NCBI RefSeq assembly: GCF_902459465.1
Contig: NC_047080.1
Location: 2,604,001 to 2,668,000 of the forward strand
Direction: 5' to 3'
Length of the DNA: 64,000 nt
DNA from: Asterias rubens
Lineage: Eukaryota
The notes under the pieces were generated by a model. The model had not been told where the DNA came from, ran no database searches, and saw nothing but the letters and a program-made list of their open reading frames with translations. Position numbers and translations under genes: made by a program. Positions 61,719-64,000 of this stretch are shown piece by piece. The first letter of the stretch is position 1. Every line of letters starts with the position of its first letter.

Positions 61719-62842
61719 TTAAACAACATGTACGCTACAAGGTTGCTCCTCGCGATTCTCCTCAACAAGTTGAAGCGTTTGTTGGGCTAACCTTCTGACG
61801 ATGGGGATAGTTCTCGGGTTATTGCATACCTCCTTGAGCAGCGGGAGTCCTTCTTCCTTCTCCAGAAGTTTACAGTACTTGGAAGCTGGAAAATGCAAGC
61901 CAAAAATCAATGTGAGTCAGACAAACTTACTTTGTACCTTTGAAACACGAAAATCTGCGACGCAGGACAAAACTGAGTTTTGAGGACTAAGACCAATACC
62001 TGTAGGTCTGAAAGGTAGACCAGGCCTCAAATTTAATCCACAACACCCTCAGTAAGTGCAAGGCTGCCCTGTGCTTTTACTCCGGTGCCCTTTGCAAGGC
62101 TGTCCTGTGCTTTTACTCCGGTGCCCTTTGCAGTGCTGCCCTGTGCTTTTACTCCGGTGCCCTTTGCAAGGCTGCCCTGTGCTTTTACTCCGGTGCCCTT
62201 TGCAGTGCTGCCCTGTGCTTTTACTCCGGTGCCCTTTGCAAGGCTGCCCTGTGCTTTTACTCCGGTGCCCTTTGCAAGGCTGCCCTGTGCTTTTACTCCG
62301 GTGCCCTTTGCAAGGCTGCCCTGTGCTTTTACTCCGGTGCCCTTTGCAAGGCTGCCCTGTGCTTTTACTCCGGTGCCCTTTGCAAGGCTGCCCTGTGCTT
62401 TTACTCCGGTGCCCTTTGCAAAGGTACAACTTCCTCAAATAAGTGCCCCTTACCAAGTGCCCCTTTCAAGAGTGAAGTTCTAAGGCCGTGTCCGAAACGG
62501 CGACTTCGGCTACAGCTACGGCTAGATTGCGCGCGTCTGCTATTCTTCAACACTGGTAGATGCGCTGATCTAGACGTAGCTGTAGCCGAAGTCGTCGTTT
62601 CGGACACGGCCTTAGCCTGTTAGACTATTTAGGGAGATAAGATTAAAATAAAACAAAGCAAAAACAATGTGGCAAATGCATCTACATGTCTGCTGATGGC
62701 AACATTTTCTGAAACAAAAACCCAGAAGGGACTGTGAAACTTACGTGAGACGGTGCATAGGTTGGCGAGAGCCCACACAGCCCAGTGTTGTACGACCGGT
62801 GTATGCTCAACCAACAGCAAGCGGAGGATAGGTCCAAAGGAT
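61719..62842 (-). CDS. ZER1: Protein zer-1 homolog (ZER1/ZYG11 family CRL2 substrate receptor), last two exons only
   Basis: Exons 62842-62745 and 61885-61719, phase-compatible. RSFGPILRLLLVEHTPVVQHWAVWALANLCTVSPSKYCKLLEKEEGLPLL is closer to ZER1 (RSFEPILRLL..QHWAxWALxNL..KYCxLLxKExGxPLL) than to ZYG11B. Confidence 0.85.
62057..62420. repeat. 36-bp minisatellite, 10 copies, in the last ZER1 intron
   Basis: Unit CAAGGCTGCCCTGTGCTTTTACTCCGGTGCCCTTTG with few variants (CAGTGC in copies 3 and 5). Confidence 0.95.
62484..62611. mobile_element. 128-bp palindromic MITE, second copy
   Basis: TAA|GGCCGTGTCCGAAACGGCGAC ... GTCGTCGTTTCGGACACGGCC|TTA; close match to 29475-29603. Confidence 0.85.
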
Positions 62843-63582
62843 CTGAAGGGATCAGACATCAATATGTTAGGCCAAGTAAAAAATAAAAAACATGTTTCGC
62901 GTCCCCGCCCGCTTCCTTTTTACAGGCCGCCTCCTTTTTTATTTTATTTTTTATTTTATATTTTTATGCACATTATTATTATTATTTTTTTTTAAATAGG
63001 GTTATTTTAAATGATCTCAGCAAAACAATCTGAATGTCTTGTCTGAATGCCTCGACTAAATTGTTTCATTTATGTTTTGTGTATTTCAGAAGTAGAAAAA
63101 ACAATGGATATTTGACATTTTAACAAAGAATGGCGGCCATCTTGAAATAAAAAATAAAAAATAAAAAGCCCCTCTTCCTCCTTTTTTTGAAAAACCCGGA
63201 CGTGAAACATGTTTTTTTTTACTCGGCCTTATGCCACAAATTATCAGACAAGAGAGGTGCATGGAGTCTTGGGCCATGGAGGGAAAATATACACCTGAGT
63301 ATAATTTCCCAAAGAGCTAAAGATTGATCAGAACTGCAAATCAATCACAGTTGCTTAGTAAAGTGTGATGTCACAACACAAATCACTATGGTAATGCAGA
63401 CAATTTGTCCTTACAATGAATTGTATTGTCTTGTGAAATCAAGCCTAGGGCCCGGTAGCATAGAGCTGCAATTCAGCAGAGAAACCAGTCACACATTGCA
63501 AAATATGTGAAATGGTAATTTGGTTGGTAATCTCAGTCTGGTAATAAACATTTTGATGTGCCTAGCTAATTTTTGTACTTGA

Positions 63583-63934
63583 AGGCAGAGGACACTATTG
63601 GTAATTACTCAAAATAATTATTAGCATAAAACCTCACTTGGTGACGAGTGATGGGGAGTGGTTGATGGTATAAAACATTGTGAGAAACAGCTCCCTCTGA
63701 AAGTGACATAGTTTTTGAGAAAGAAGTAATTTTCAAAAAATTTGATTTTGAGACCACAGATTTAGAATTTGAGGTCACGAAATCAACCATCTAAATGCAC
63801 ACAACTTCGTGTGGCAAGGGTGTTCATTCTTTCATTATTATCTCCCAAATTCGACGACCAATTGAGCTCAAATTTTCACAGGTTTGTTATTTTATGCATA
63901 AGTTGATATACACTAAGTGAGAAGACTGGTCTTT
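63583..63934. mobile_element. Family A MITE, right end truncated
   Basis: AGGCAGAGGACACTATTGGTAATTACTCAAAATAATT ... GAGAAGACTGGTCTTT. Confidence 0.85.
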
Positions 63935-64000
63935 AAGCAGCTCTAAGAAATTGGCTGAGTTAAAGAATTTCAGAGATATAGCTACTCATAGCCCCTCACC

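Noticed and set aside
62049-62483. Three long repeat-protein ORFs (CKGHRSKSTGQP, QGCPVLLLRCPL, PFARLPCAFTPV)
   Set aside because: By-products of a stop-free 36-bp minisatellite inside a ZER1 intron. Not a CRISPR array either, since there are no unique spacers.

Overview
AT-rich, intron-rich animal genomic DNA. The repeat content and gene set suggest an invertebrate deuterostome, probably an echinoderm such as a sea star (inference). There is one N gap (16656-16787). Six protein-coding genes were rebuilt by hand from GT-AG splice sites, with exon phases checked. On + are the 3' part of TYW3 (4 exons), complete DR1/NC2-beta (3 exons) and an ADAMTS-like gene (TSR1, Cys-rich, spacer, mucin-like insert, 6 TSRs, PLAC; 5' end unresolved). 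On - are complete GORAB (5 coding exons, head-to-head with DR1), a single-exon 1662-aa AJM1 homologue and the last two exons of ZER1. Introns and intergenic DNA hold many non-autonomous elements: TTAA-flanked Kolobok-type MITEs, palindromic Harbinger-like MITEs, CCGG-flanked TGT...ACA (Ginger-like) elements, tRNA-derived repeats and two minisatellites. The most interesting observations are: a minimal hammerhead-ribozyme-like motif and related degenerate copies; a 350-bp copy of the DR1 3' region inside a GORAB intron; repeats with inverted or tandem tRNA-like modules; a predicted membrane anchor on the AJM1 homologue; candidate unannotated transcripts at 42.7-50.8 kb; and gene linkage matching human chr1 and 9q34. 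No CRISPR, rRNA or intact tRNA gene was found. All family assignments are from recalled sequence similarity; no database search was run.
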